Origin: Scyliorhinus canicula
Lineage: Eukaryota
Reading direction: 5' to 3'
Assembly (NCBI RefSeq): GCF_902713615.1
Contig: NW_024055909.1
Span: 62,001-126,000 of the forward strand
DNA length: 64,000 nucleotides
How positions within the stretch are numbered: the stretch's first letter is position 1; each line of letters starts with the position of its first letter. Below the pieces are notes generated by a model. The model ran no database searches. It saw only the letters and a list, made by a program, of their open reading frames with translations, and had not been told where the DNA came from. Shown piece by piece: positions 1 to 11,339 of the stretch. The position numbers and the translations under genes were made by a program.

Positions 1-45
1 CGTCACTCTGCTTAATTATCCTGGTGATCTTAACCCTGGATTTAC

Positions 46-79
46 GATGCATCAGCGTTGTCAGTATTATCAGAAACAT
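46..79 (-). CDS. Probable leader exon of a minus-strand V gene whose V exon lies beyond the window start
   Basis: Reverse complement reads ATG TTT CTG ATA ATA CTG ACA ACG CTG ATG CAT C|gtaaat (MFLIILTTLMH): hydrophobic, with a phase-1 donor as in the other leaders here. TATA-like CTATAAA at 155-161 and CRE-like motifs lie upstream. Confidence 0.55.
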
Positions 80-115
80 GTCTGACTGAATCTCTCTCAG
101 CGAACGGGAATGTAA

Positions 116-328
116 TGAGTCAGGGATTGAGGAGGAGGAAGGGAACCCGGCCTCTTTATAGCTCATTGTTCCACCCACACACTGAAGGAGGCCAGATCCA
201 TTGTGACCTCACTCAGGTTACCATCCCTATTGGCGTTGACGTGGCCTCACGGGACTTTAGGGTTAACATGCTTCAGTTTGACTGCCCCTGCTGGCGGATT
301 CTGTTCCATCCGGACTTGAATGAGGTCA
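116..328 (-). promoter_or_regulatory. Putative TCR-V-type promoter (TATA, CRE-like/decamer, AP-1)
   Basis: tttatag 155-161 (CTATAAA on -); tgacctcact 204-213 (AGTGAGGTCA on -, one mismatch to TCR V decamer AGTGAYRTCA); tgacgtgg 237-244; tgaggtca 321-328; tgagtca 116-122. Confidence 0.4.
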
Positions 329-1273
329 TTGGGTGAATTTAGTGTTAATTGATTTAGATTTTATTAGAATTGTCAAATATTGCCTCCTGGAAATCTAAAT
401 TGGAGCTGATGAGACACAACCTTTATTGATCTTGATGTTTATGCTTCAAAAGATGTTATTCAATATGTGTTCACATGGGTAAGACTGGTATTTCAGAAAA
501 GAAAATCTAAAGACATGCGTGACGGTGTGGAGAGTATACGCCAGAATTGTACCAGGAATTGGAGTCTTCACAAAGGAGAACGGTGCAGAGAAACTGAGAT
601 TGTTCTTGTTATATCAAACCAGTAAAAGGAAAGACTTACTTAGGAATCGCTGTGGGAGCAACTGTTTCCACTAAAACGCTAGCCCAAGCATCCCGAATTA
701 AGAGGAAAAAGACCGAGAGATGTTAGATTCCTTGATTAAAATTAGATGTGTTCAAATCTAGAATTGACTACCTAAAAAGGGTGGCAGGAAAAATATTAAA
801 TGTAACTTTCACAAGGGAATTACCTAGGAAAGGGGAAATGGCGGGCTACGTGAAAAAATGCGGGCGGGGTGAGGCTGAAAGACGAATTGGATAATTATGT
901 CATAAGATACAGGATAGGCCGAAAGGGCTCGTGCCATTTTCGGATTTGCTGATATTTGTCTTCCTTCATTCTTCTACCGTCTATTTATTTGCAGCCATTT
1001 GAACAGTGAGCAGGTGCAAGGTGCTCTCCGACGTTTGGAGATTCAAGCGTTGCTAATTCCTCTCCGTCAGCTCTGAGTGCAGCTGCGCACACTGCACTCA
1101 ATATTGAGTCTGCGGCATCCCCGCCCACAGCTTCCGTTTGCTGCTCTGCCCCGATTGTGTTATTGGCTGCTCCGTTCATTGGTTGAATCAGCCGTGCAGG
1201 GGGACGGGGAGCTGTATTTCTGTCTCTGACAGAGGATTTCTCTCCCTCCACAGTTACAGACTCAGGAAGGACC

Positions 1274-1769
1274 ATGAGGTACCGTCTCGCTCCGATCTTC
1301 ATCACTATATCATTTTTCAGTAAGTCCCAGTAACACATCAGTCACCTCCTCATTGCTCTAACCCAGATGTTATTATTGATAAAATAATAGTGATGCTGAT
1401 TATGATGCGTCAACAGATGAATATGAGACTGATACTGTTGTTGTTTTCTTCTATTTTAATATCAGAATGGAGCCACCAAGACACAGTGGAGCAGTCGGCT
1501 GCAAAAATAACGGTTGAAGAGGGAAGTAATATCACACTAACCTGCACTTTGAAAACAAGCGATTCTGATCCGTATGTGTACAGGTACAGTCAGATCGCCG
1601 GGCACCGTCCATATTATCTGCTTCATATTCTGGGCGGGAAACTATTCAGACACAGCGACATCAGTGACCGCTTTTCAGCTACTTTAGATAAAACTGCCAA
1701 GATTACCAATCTAATGATTGGCAACACCCTGATCTCTGACAGTGCGGTATATTTATCCGCCCTGCAGCC
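1274..1769 (+). CDS. TCR alpha/delta-like V segment V1, open frame but non-canonical; leader 1274-1319, V exon 1466-1769
   Basis: Leader MRYRLAPIFITISFF|gtaagt, acceptor atcag|. V exon: WSHQDTVEQ...ITLTCTLKTSDSDPYVYRYSQ...DRFSATLDK...DSAVYLSALQP. First Cys present; conserved Trp is Arg (agg 1582-1584) and second Cys is Ser (tcc 1756-1758). Confidence 0.8.
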
Positions 1770-1807
1770 CACAGTGATACAGATCTCATTGACGCCTTAC
1801 ACAAACC
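1770..1807 (+). other. RSS of V1 (22-bp spacer)
   Basis: CACAGTG 1770-1776, 22 nt, ACACAAACC 1799-1807. Confidence 0.85.
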
Positions 1808-1832
1808 CCACAGTGAGAATTCCAGTTGGTGC

Positions 1833-1848
1833 TCAGCAGAGGGCGCTC
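1833..1848 (+). promoter_or_regulatory. CTCF-like motif downstream of V1 RSS
   Basis: TCAGCAGAGGGCGC matches 13/14 of CCASYAGRKGGCRS; 26 bp after the nonamer. Confidence 0.55.
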
Positions 1849-3029
1849 ACACACCAATTATCAGACATTATAATCCAGCCTGCACAGTGAGTGTCACAGT
1901 CAGGGGCCATAGTAAAAAACAACAAACACAACCCCCTACAAGAACAGAGAATAACCACTTCCACAGTCATATCATTCACAGCCTTCCGGATTTACCATTG
2001 AGTTCACCAATTTCGGACTGTGAACTCTCTCCGCCACCTTTACTCCATTTTTTTCGATCAATTTATTTTCATATCTTCCATCGATCCCGTTTTTTCTTGA
2101 CTATTGTCTCCCCTACCCCACTCCCCGCCACCTTGGTAGTCCTTTGACACACTGCTTACCCATGCACTGCCATTGACATATTCTGGCCTCTTAATGTGCC
2201 AAAACAGTACTCCTTCTTAGCCATTATCACCAGCATATACAGTCCATTCGTGTGTCTGTCCATATCTTTGTTAATCTCCACCTATCACTGATCCAGTATC
2301 TAGCCCCCCCCCCATCCGCTCCACGCCCCTCCCCCACAACAGTATAAATCTGACGTAATTTCCAGTTCGCTCCAGCGTTGACAAAGAGTGGTCCAGAAAC
2401 ATTAGCTCCATTCTCTCTCCACAGATGCTGTCAGACCTGCCGAGTTTTCCAGCATTTGTTTCCTATGTAAACGCAGTAATATTACTGAGCCATTTACACT
2501 AGCAAAAGTGAGCATTACCAATCGCTCTATGGTGCTTTCATTCATCCCCCCCCCCCCACTTTAATGCCTTCCTCTTTGATTTTTCGAGCCAACTGTCACC
2601 ATCCGTTCCCCAGAAGTCAATACATTTTCTTCTTCCATCTTTAACTTAAACTTTTCAGATCATTAATAGTTCTTTGACCATTAATTCAGAGCTATTCCAT
2701 CACAGCTGCCCATATATTCATCTCAGTTTTCTCGGAGGCCTGTAATGCGGATTTTATTCAATATTGAACAATTCACTAATCCTGACACGCAGCTGTTGAC
2801 TCTGTTTCCCTCCACATGGAACGGGTGTGTAAGTATTGCCTCTGTTAGAGAGGAGGGGGGGGGGGGTGGTTATATAATGTTCGGTGGGAACGTTATTATT
2901 GATTTAAGCTCGTTACACGTTGATTCTCTGTGTGAGATTTCTGTCTGCTGTTGCCCTTACTACAGCAGACGTTGCTGCCTTGCCGGCACTTACTGGACAG
3001 GGTGCGCCTGCTCTTCTATGCTTGGCATT

Positions 3030-4020
3030 GTTGTATCAGCAGTTCACTGGAATGGGGCTCGATAGTTTTGCTCTGTCAGAGGCTATCGTGATTGAGTGGA
3101 CCGCAGGGTTACACATGGAACCATCAAATGGGACGATCTCACTGGTCATTATTTCACTTTTAAATCAATATTTCCGTCCCAGATTAAATCCAGTCAGTCC
3201 ATTTTTCCTGCCATCTAGTTGTTATAATGGATATACTGCTGATGATGATGCTGATGAAATAATGATCATTACTACAATTTCTGTTCGTATAGGAGATATT
3301 GAATGTGATTGTATTCGCTGGAGTTCAGAAAAACGAGTGGAGACCTCAGATAAACTTATAAACTTCGAACAGGACTGAACGGGGTAACTGCAGGAAGGAT
3401 GTTCCCGGTGGTGTGCGTGTCCAGAACCAGGGGTCACAGTCTGAGGATACGGGCCGACCATTTGGGACAGACATGAGAAGAGATTTCTTCACTCAGAGAG
3501 TGATCAGCCAGAGTAGTTGATGCCAAAATATTGTATGTTTTCAAGAACAGTTAGATAGAGCATTTAGGGCGAGGGGGATGGCAGTACATGGGGGAATGTG
3601 GGATTAGGCTCTTGAGTTGGATGACTCATGATGAATGGCGGAGCAGGTTCGAAGTTCCGAATGACCTCCTCCAGTTCCTATTTTCTATGTTTATACATCA
3701 GAACCGCGCCAATAACATACATTGGGACGGTGGGTTGTTGAAATGAGGCTTGAAAAGGAAAGTAATATCACCCCACCTTAAATCAAGTTCTTCTGAATGT
3801 TCAGTGTTCTGTTCATGTTAACAGCACTATCATCCTCCAGGGTGCATGCATAATCTCTGCAAGGGAGAAAGACCCCGATGTTACTGATCGATTCTCATCC
3901 ACGTTTAGCAAAGCTACCAAAATCACCGAGCTGACGTCATCAAAGCCCTGATCCCCGACACCGCCATGTATTTCCGTGCCATGAGCCCCCGCTGCTATTG
4001 AGAGAAAGCAGGTCAAACAC
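3030..4020 (+). pseudogene. V1-family TCR V pseudogene (V2) interrupted by a CR1 fragment
   Basis: 3030-3170 resembles the V1 promoter/leader (gctctgtcagagg vs tctctgacagagg). 3881-3990 encodes DRFSSTFSKATKITELT / frameshift / PDTAMYFRAMSP, homologous to V1 DRFSATLDKTAKITNL...DSAVYLSALQP. Second Cys is Arg; RSS degenerate. Confidence 0.7.
3305..3695 (+). mobile_element. CR1-type LINE 3' fragment
   Basis: ggatgttccc...ccagaaccaggggtcacagtctgaggat...atttcttcactcagagagtg...ggagcagg, the same 3' module seen at 5050-5385, 11725-12270, 16430-16820 and 27400-27785. Confidence 0.75.
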
Positions 4021-4041
4021 ACTGACAATTCCAGTTACTAC

Positions 4042-4057
4042 GCTGCAGAGGGCGCTC
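4042..4057 (+). promoter_or_regulatory. CTCF-like motif downstream of pseudogene V2
   Basis: GCTGCAGAGGGCGCTC preceded by aattccagtt, as after V1. Confidence 0.5.
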
Positions 4058-4480
4058 GCAAACAGAAGCAATAATTCAACCTGTGGTGTGAGAGCCAGAG
4101 GAATCTCTCTCAAAATGCAATAATCACAAAACGCAACAATCACGGTGAGGTCCACTCGCAGAATTATAATACTTGATGATTTCAATTCGCAATATATTAA
4201 AAATGATCTTCGCAAATGCCTTAATTGTCATGTGGCTTTACATTTATTTTCCCACACTGCCCCATCTAGTCGCCAGATCTCACGTTTCGCCCATAATCGT
4301 TTTACTTTCTTTCTTCTGATATTTAGGTTAACGATTTAAAACTCAATTTTCTGCTCGGCAAATTATTTCAGTCCGGCAAAAGTCCAGCTTTCGAAATATC
4401 AAAATAATCAGTCCAGGCCAATGAATAACCACAGAATCTCTCCTCTTCGGGCCGCCGACATCGGAACATCTCTCCGATAT

Positions 4481-4494
4481 CCACGAGAGGGCGG
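4481..4494 (+). promoter_or_regulatory. Additional CTCF-like motif
   Basis: CCACGAGAGGGCGG matches 13/14 of CCASYAGRKGGCRS, same orientation as the two above. Confidence 0.4.
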
Positions 4495-5049
4495 CAGCTC
4501 ACAATATCGCTCGTGGGGTTCGCAGCACCTGTAGTGAGTTCAGTAAGACCTCATCCATTTTGAAATAAACATAGGTTTAATGTGTCGAACTCAACGTACC
4601 TCAATGGTTTGGAGAAGCTAATGCAGGCAATAATCATCATGAAGACACTCTCATATCGCAGGGTTTGAGCCTGATATAGGTCAGAGCGCAGAGAGAGGGA
4701 GGGAAGGAGTGTCTGATGTGGGAAAGGATGTGAGAATGAGACTGAAATACTCCCTTTGACCTGTTTTCTGAATTACTTCACTGTAACCATTTGGGCACCA
4801 TGTATATTTCTCCTACGAGTGGATGTAGCATGAAAGGTTTTACTGGGCGGCTGGTATGAATTCTAATTAATGAGAACTCGCTTTACTCGTCCCCGAGACG
4901 CTGTGAACCTGCTCTTTGAGCGTTGTTCCTGGGTTTTGAACAGAACAATGCAGAATTTCGGAAAAGCGCTGACGATATTCTCTCATAAAGATAATCCAAA
5001 ATCCGACAGCCATGGCTCAGTGAATAAACGATAACGAACCAGATTGAAG

Positions 5050-5385
5050 TTAATCGTTTGATGTGTGTGTCCAGAACCAGGGGTCAACAGTCTGAGGATT
5101 CAGGTAAACCATTTCGGACAGAGATAAGGAGACATTTCTTCACACAAAGAGTAGCGAACCAGTGGAATTCATTGCCACAGGAAGCAGTTGATGCAAAAAT
5201 TTTGAATATATTTAAGAGGCTGCTGGATATAGCACTTGGCGAGAATGAGATCAAAGGCTATGGGGAGAAAGCAGGATTGGGCTATTGAGTAGGATGATCA
5301 ACCATGATCGTGATCAATGGCGGAGCAGGCTCAAAGGGCCAAAATGCCTCCTTCTTCTTCTATCTTTTATGTATCTATGTAAACA
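5050..5385 (+). mobile_element. CR1-type LINE 3' fragment
   Basis: ORF fragment RRHFFTQRVANQWNSLPQEAVDA, typical CR1 ORF2 C-terminus, followed by the 3' tail. Confidence 0.8.
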
Positions 5386-5565
5386 GTAAGTGTTACAACA
5401 CCAGGTTAAAATCCAACAGGTTTATTTCGAATCACGAGTTTTCGGAGCGCAGCTCCTCCATCGGGAAGGCAGTTCCCTCGCCAAATGAAGGAGCTGCGCT
5501 CCGGAAGGTCGTGGTTGCAATTAAACCTGTTGGACTTTAACCTGGTGTTATCAGACTTCTTACTG
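5384..5565. repeat. Palindromic (hairpin) repeat element
   Basis: Left arm acaacaccaggttaaaatccaacaggtttattt...ggagcgcagctcc is mirrored by ggagctgcgctcc...aaacctgttggactttaacctggtgtt; loop ~25 nt. Confidence 0.85.
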
Positions 5566-6981
5566 AGCCCAGCCCAGTCCAACGCCGGTAACTCACATAA
5601 TTTTAAACAGAAGGAGCTATTGAACGAACTTCTGCTTACATTATTTGGAAACGTTCATGCTTTAAGAATGTTCAGTTGCTTGTGCTGTGACCGTTCGTGC
5701 CGTTGCTCTACAGTGAAATATCTATTCTTTTTAGGCGTATGCTCACACACATTTTTTCTTTCGGGAATATTAGCAAAGATCCAGAGCAAATATGAACCCG
5801 CTGAGCCGCGTTGTGAGCTCTCCTTCCGGAGGCAACATGTCCTCGCTTTGGACTTGAATAAGGAGGTTTTCGAGACGCAGCCATTGTGTCATGATACCGG
5901 CTGCTGGGTCGTCTGCCAAGCCAAAAAAAATTTAATTATTGTGAGATAATTGGCTCAGTAATTCATAAGGGAAAGCTCACTGGAGTCACGGCTAGCAGTC
6001 CCCTGATGGTAACTAACTGTCAGAAACTGATTGATCCCGAAGAAACCAAAACCAGGAATAATCCTGTGTTTGACTGTTGCAGTAAAAAGAAAAGAGGAGG
6101 AAGTGGCGTCGCGGTATTGTCACAGAGTCATAGAATTTACAGCGCAAAAAGAGGCCATTCGACCCATCGGGTCTGCAGCTGCCCTCGGAAAGAGCAGCTA
6201 TTGAAGCCCAAAACTCCAATGTATCCACGGAACTCAGTATCTCCGCCTAAACTTTTGGACACTTAAGGGGCAATTTAGCATAACGAACCCACCTAACCTG
6301 CACATCTTTGGACTGTGGGAGGAAACCGGAGCACCCGGAGGAAACCCACGCACACACGGGGAGGATGTGTGTGGGCTGTCTGGGCTCCGCACATACAGTG
6401 ACCCAAGCCGGGAATGGAACCTGGTCCCCAGGGGCTGTGAGGCAGCAGTGCTATCCACTATGCCACCGTGACCCCGTGTCGCCAGGGACCAGAGTCATTC
6501 TTTGATGACCCGAGTTCGAATCCCGGCATCGCAGATTAAGGTGACCATGAAACCATTGTCAATTGTAAAAACCTGTCTGATTCTCAAATGTCCTTTATGG
6601 ACGAAATCTGGTGTCCTGACCTGGTCTGGCCTACATATACCTCCAGACTCACAGCAATGTGGTTAACTCTTAAATGCCCTCAGGGATGGTCAATAAATGC
6701 TGGTGCAGCCACCGGCTGCCACATCCCACGAACGAAACAAAATAAACACTGGTGTAATTTTCACCATCCATTCTGTAAAGCGGACTTCTACCCCCTAAAA
6801 TGCACTGGATTTCTGTCATCACTGGCAGATAGAGCATCACCCCGCCGGTTCACTCTGCCACTGGGGTCATCAGGAAGTGAGGTAAGAGCAGCCTGAGATA
6901 GGACAACCTATAATTGGGGGCGGGGTTTTGGGTAGAAGGCTTTAAACATCCAAATTCCTTTTTACAGAGCTGACAGCGACA

Positions 6982-7454
6982 ATGCGGCTACTCAGCGTCT
7001 GGGTTGTGTGCGGAGCACTTCTAACAGGTAATTGTGGACCAAACACATTTCATATTTTCTCTCCTTTTTTTACATATGGCTTAAAATGGATTTTTAACAG
7101 TCCTGGGTCCGATCTTTTCTTCGATTTGACCTTGTTTTATTTTTCAGATCTGAGTCATGGAGATTCTGTAACCCAGCCGCTGTCCTCAGATGTTAAGACT
7201 GAAGGAGAAGAGTTGACTCTTACCTGCAGATATGATACCACAGCGAGCGGTTACTATTTATACTGGTACCGGCAGCGTGCAGACTCCCATCCTGAGTTTA
7301 TATTGCGGAAAAGCTCGCGGGGTGGTGAAAATAAAGCAGATTTTGCTAAAAGTCGTTTCTCTGCCGAGCTCCAGACATCGAATAAATTCACCAGTTTAAC
7401 CATCTCGGCGCTGCAGCTGGCTGACGCTGCCGTTTATTACTGCGCTCTGAGACT
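6982..7454 (+). CDS. Apparently functional TCR alpha/delta V segment; leader 6982-7027, V exon 7148-7454
   Basis: Leader MRLLSVWVVCGALLT|gtaatt, acceptor ttttcag|. V exon: DSVTQPLSSDVKTEGEELTLTCRYDTTASGYYLYWYRQ...SRFSAELQTSNKFTSLTISALQLADAAVYYCALR, with both Cys and the Trp. Confidence 0.92.
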
Positions 7455-7493
7455 CACAGTGATAGGAAACAGGCTCTGCCCTGTACAAAAACT
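7455..7493 (+). other. 23-RSS
   Basis: CACAGTG 7455-7461, 23 nt, ACAAAAACT 7485-7493. Confidence 0.95.
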
Positions 7494-8199
7494 ATCTTTC
7501 ACTGCAGATAGCAGCTCCTTTCTGACGCGGTTGTTAGGCTGACGCAGCCACAAGGTTAAGCGAGAGGAAACCAAACCAACCGCCAATGAAACGTTCCCAG
7601 GAGCGGCTGAAAACCCAAACTGCAGAATTGAAGATGACAGACATATCATCAGACAATCACATTGGAAGGCACTCTGGCTTTAATCATATGCTGCCACGCA
7701 TCCAGATTCTCTCGCCTCTCTTCCCCGTGTCTCTCTGGCTCTGTGAGGCCAGTTGGTAGCGATGTGTGCAATGGATTGAAAAGAAAACTGCCGCAGCGCC
7801 GCTACAGTCAGTTCCTGATAATCCTAGTCTGTAAATTATCACCAGGAAACTCTGGATTGTTAATGACAGCAGAAATCACCCCAGCGCTAGGAAGCATTCT
7901 GAAGCTCAATGGTCAGTGGGTAAACACGACTTGGGATTTGTTTCAAAGATCACAGTCACTATCTTGTGGCTTCTGCTTATCTTGTGTACCTTGTCTCTGG
8001 CCCAGCATAACTCTCCGTTTAAATAAAAGCTGTGAACAGGCCGCGGTCAAAGGCTACAGGAGTGTTCGTGGCCTTTTCTTGTTGAGTGATGTATTTTGTT
8101 GAAAACATCGCTGTGACTTTTATTGACAGGCAGAGTTTTCCCTTCGTTTTAGGCGCGTGGTAGGCTGTCTGGGACTTTCAATGTGTGGATTCCACTATC

Positions 8200-8756
8200 C
8201 GGGATCTTAGACTCGATCTCATTGTATCGGTCCAGATATCTGCATCTTTGGTAAGTCGATCTGTCTTTCTAGTCAACATCCTTGCCCTTGAAAAATGCAT
8301 CAGATTCTGAAAGCTAGTGATTCCAAATAAACCTGTTGGACTTTAACCTGGTGCTGTAAGACTTCATATTATTAACATACATGCTTGTTGTTGTATTGGT
8401 AAATATTGTGGTTGTACATGTCAGATGGAGCCATTAAGATTCAGTGAAGCAGTCGGTAGAGGAAAAGATGGTTCCGGAGTCAAGTAATGTGACCATCAGC
8501 TGCACCAAGAAAACAACAGATTCCAGTCCTTACAGTCAGGGTATAGACATTGTCCACAGCATATGTTTTATCTCTATGGAGAGATAGAAAAGTCGGGAAC
8601 CCCGACTTTACATTGCGATTATTTCCCATGTTCGATAATGCTAATAAAGCACCCAGTAAATGATGAGCAAAATATCGATTTCAGAGGCCAGTGCCTATCT
8701 CTGTGCGATTGAGCCCCTTTATGTTGCAGGGATATAGCAGAGGCTGGACAAAAGTC
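8200..8756 (+). pseudogene. V1-family TCR V pseudogene (V3)
   Basis: After acceptor gtcag| (8425): WSH*DSVKQSVEEKMVPESSNVTISCTKKTTDSSPY, homologous to V1 with an in-frame TAA. Ends SEASAYLCAIEP with a decayed heptamer and nonamer-like ACAAAAGTC 8748-8756. Donor-like ggtaagt near 8250. Confidence 0.8.
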
Positions 8757-9409
8757 GACAGAAAGAGTTCCAGTAAGTGTCACAAATAGATACTCCCACA
8801 CTAATAAAACAAAATCAGTAATTCTCCCACCGCTGTGAGATTCACAGTGATTATATTTTAACTGATGAAACACAATATTCAACAAGATCAGAAGAGGTTT
8901 ACTTCATAACTTAAATTTAGCTAATATCTCTCAGTTAGAAAAATATAAACTTTACAAACGCACCTCTAGGACTGTAACTGAAATTCTGCCTTTCCATATA
9001 TTTTCCATGTCTGTTCCATTCATCGCTTGTCTCCATTTTGTAAACTCATCATCTTTTAACATTCCGTGTTAATCTGTAAATTAGTGATGTAAGACGTTTC
9101 TCTCTTCTCCGAGATTCAAGTCAGGGAGGTTCAATCTGAACAGCCTATAACGAGCAACTGTCACACCTGATCATTGATGTACATATGACTCCAGAGACGC
9201 AGAAATCTCGTTGCCTCCCTGCTTCCCTCTGCAATAATCTAGCAAGCCATTCAGGTAAAAGGCTAATTATAGATGGACATCAACTACTGTCCTTGCCATC
9301 AATTCCCAAATGAAGAATACAAATTACGCCATTTTAGTTAACAAAAAATAATATCTGAGTTACAGGAGTTAGATATTTATAATTGGATGGGAATTGCTGA
9401 CAAATAATT

Positions 9410-11250
9410 ATAAATAAGTGGAAACATCGGAAATAAGGGCCCTTCCACCCTGCTCCTCCAATCATTATGATCAAGGCTCATCGCCCAATTCGGTAACCTG
9501 TTCCTGCCTACCCCCAATATCGTTTGATCCCCTTCGCCCCAGTGCCATATCTAACTGCCTCTTGAAAACATGTTTTGGCCTCAGCTCCTTTATGTGTTAA
9601 ACAATTCCACAGGCTGCCAACCTCTGGGTGAAAAGATTTCTCATCATTTATGTCCTAAATGTTCTACCCAGTATCTGCAGGCTGTGGCCCCTGGTTCTGG
9701 ACACCATCGGGAATATCCTTCTTGCATCTACCCTGTCTAGTCTTGTTAGGATTTTCTAGGTTTCTGTGATTCCCCCTCATTCTTCTGACTTCCTGAGAAT
9801 ACTATCCTAGACAACTCAATCTCCCCTCATACATCAGATCCATCATCTGATAAATCAGTCGAGTACACCTTGTCTGCACTCCCTGTTGAGCAAGAACATG
9901 CTTTCTCAGAAAAACAAAGGACAATTACATACAATATTGCAGGTGTGGCCTCACCAACACCCTGTATAATTGCAGCAAGACATCCCTGCTCCGGCACTCA
10001 AATCCTTTCGCTCGGAAGGTCGACGTACCATTTGCCTTCATACTGCTTGCTACACCTGCATGCTTACCTTCAGCATGGTGCACGAGGGTAACCAGGTCTC
10101 ATTCCACATCTGCCTCTCCTAATTTAAGTCAATTTAGGTAATAATCTACCGTACCGTATTTGCAAGCAAACTGGTTAACATCGCATTTATCCAAATTATA
10201 CAACATCTGTCATTTCTTTGCCAACTCACTCAACTTGTCCAAATCGCACTAAAGTATCTCCACATCCTCCTGACAGCTCACCCTTCTACCCAGCATGTGG
10301 CATCTACAAATATGGAAACATCATATTTCGTTCCCTTACACAAAGAACAAAGAAAAGTACAGCACAGGAACAGGCCCTTCGGCCCTTCAAGCCTGCGCCC
10401 GTCGAAAGTAAAATCTTCTACACTTTCTGGGTCCATATCCCTCTATTCTCATGCTATTCATGTATTTGTCAAGATGCCCCTTAAATGTCACTATCGTCCC
10501 TGCTTCCACCACCTCCTCCGGCAGCGAGTTCCAGGCACCCACTACCCTCTGTGTAAAGAACTTGCCCCGCACATCTCTAAACCTTGCCCCTCGCACCTTA
10601 AACCTATGCCCCCGAGTAATTGACTCCTCTACCCTGGGCAAAAGCCTCTGACTATCCACTCTGTCTCTGCCCCTCATAATTTTGTAGACCTCTATCAGGT
10701 AGCCCCTCAACCTCCGTCGTTCCAGTGAGAACAAACCGAGTTTATTCAACTGCTCCTCATAGCTAATGCCGTCCATATCAGGCAACATCCTGGTAAATCT
10801 CTTCTGCACCCTCTCAAAAGCCTCCACATCCTTCTGTAGTGTGGCAACCAGAATTGAACACTATACTCCAAGTATGGCCTAACTAAGGTTCTATACAGCT
10901 GCAACATGACTTACCAATCCTTATACTCAATGGCCCGGCCAATGAAGGCAAGCATGCCGTATATCTTCTTGACTATCTTCTCCACCTGTGGAGAACCATA
11001 TTTGCTACCAAAGTGGACCCGTACACCTAGATCCCTCTAACTTTCAATACTCTTGATGGTTCTACCATTCACTGTATATTCCCTACCTGCATTAGACCTT
11101 CCAAAATGCATTACCTCACATTTTTCCAGATTAGACTCCATCTGCCATCTCCCTGCCCAAATCTCCAAACGATCTAAACGATCTAATGACCTAAATCCTG
11201 CTATACAAATGATTTAAATTGTGAATAGCTGAGATCCCTGCGGTACATAT
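9410..11250 (-). mobile_element. CR1-type LINE ORF2 fragments (probably two stacked)
   Basis: ORF 10387-10827(-): EAFERVQKRFTRMLP...YEEQLNKLGLFSLERRRLRG...FFTQRVVGAWNSLP. Confidence 0.85.
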
Positions 11251-11339
11251 CTTTCAAACGGTTATCTATCCATAATAAAACACTACTCCTAATCCCTTTC
11301 GCTTGATAATGATATCATGATTTAAAGAAGTGAACTATG

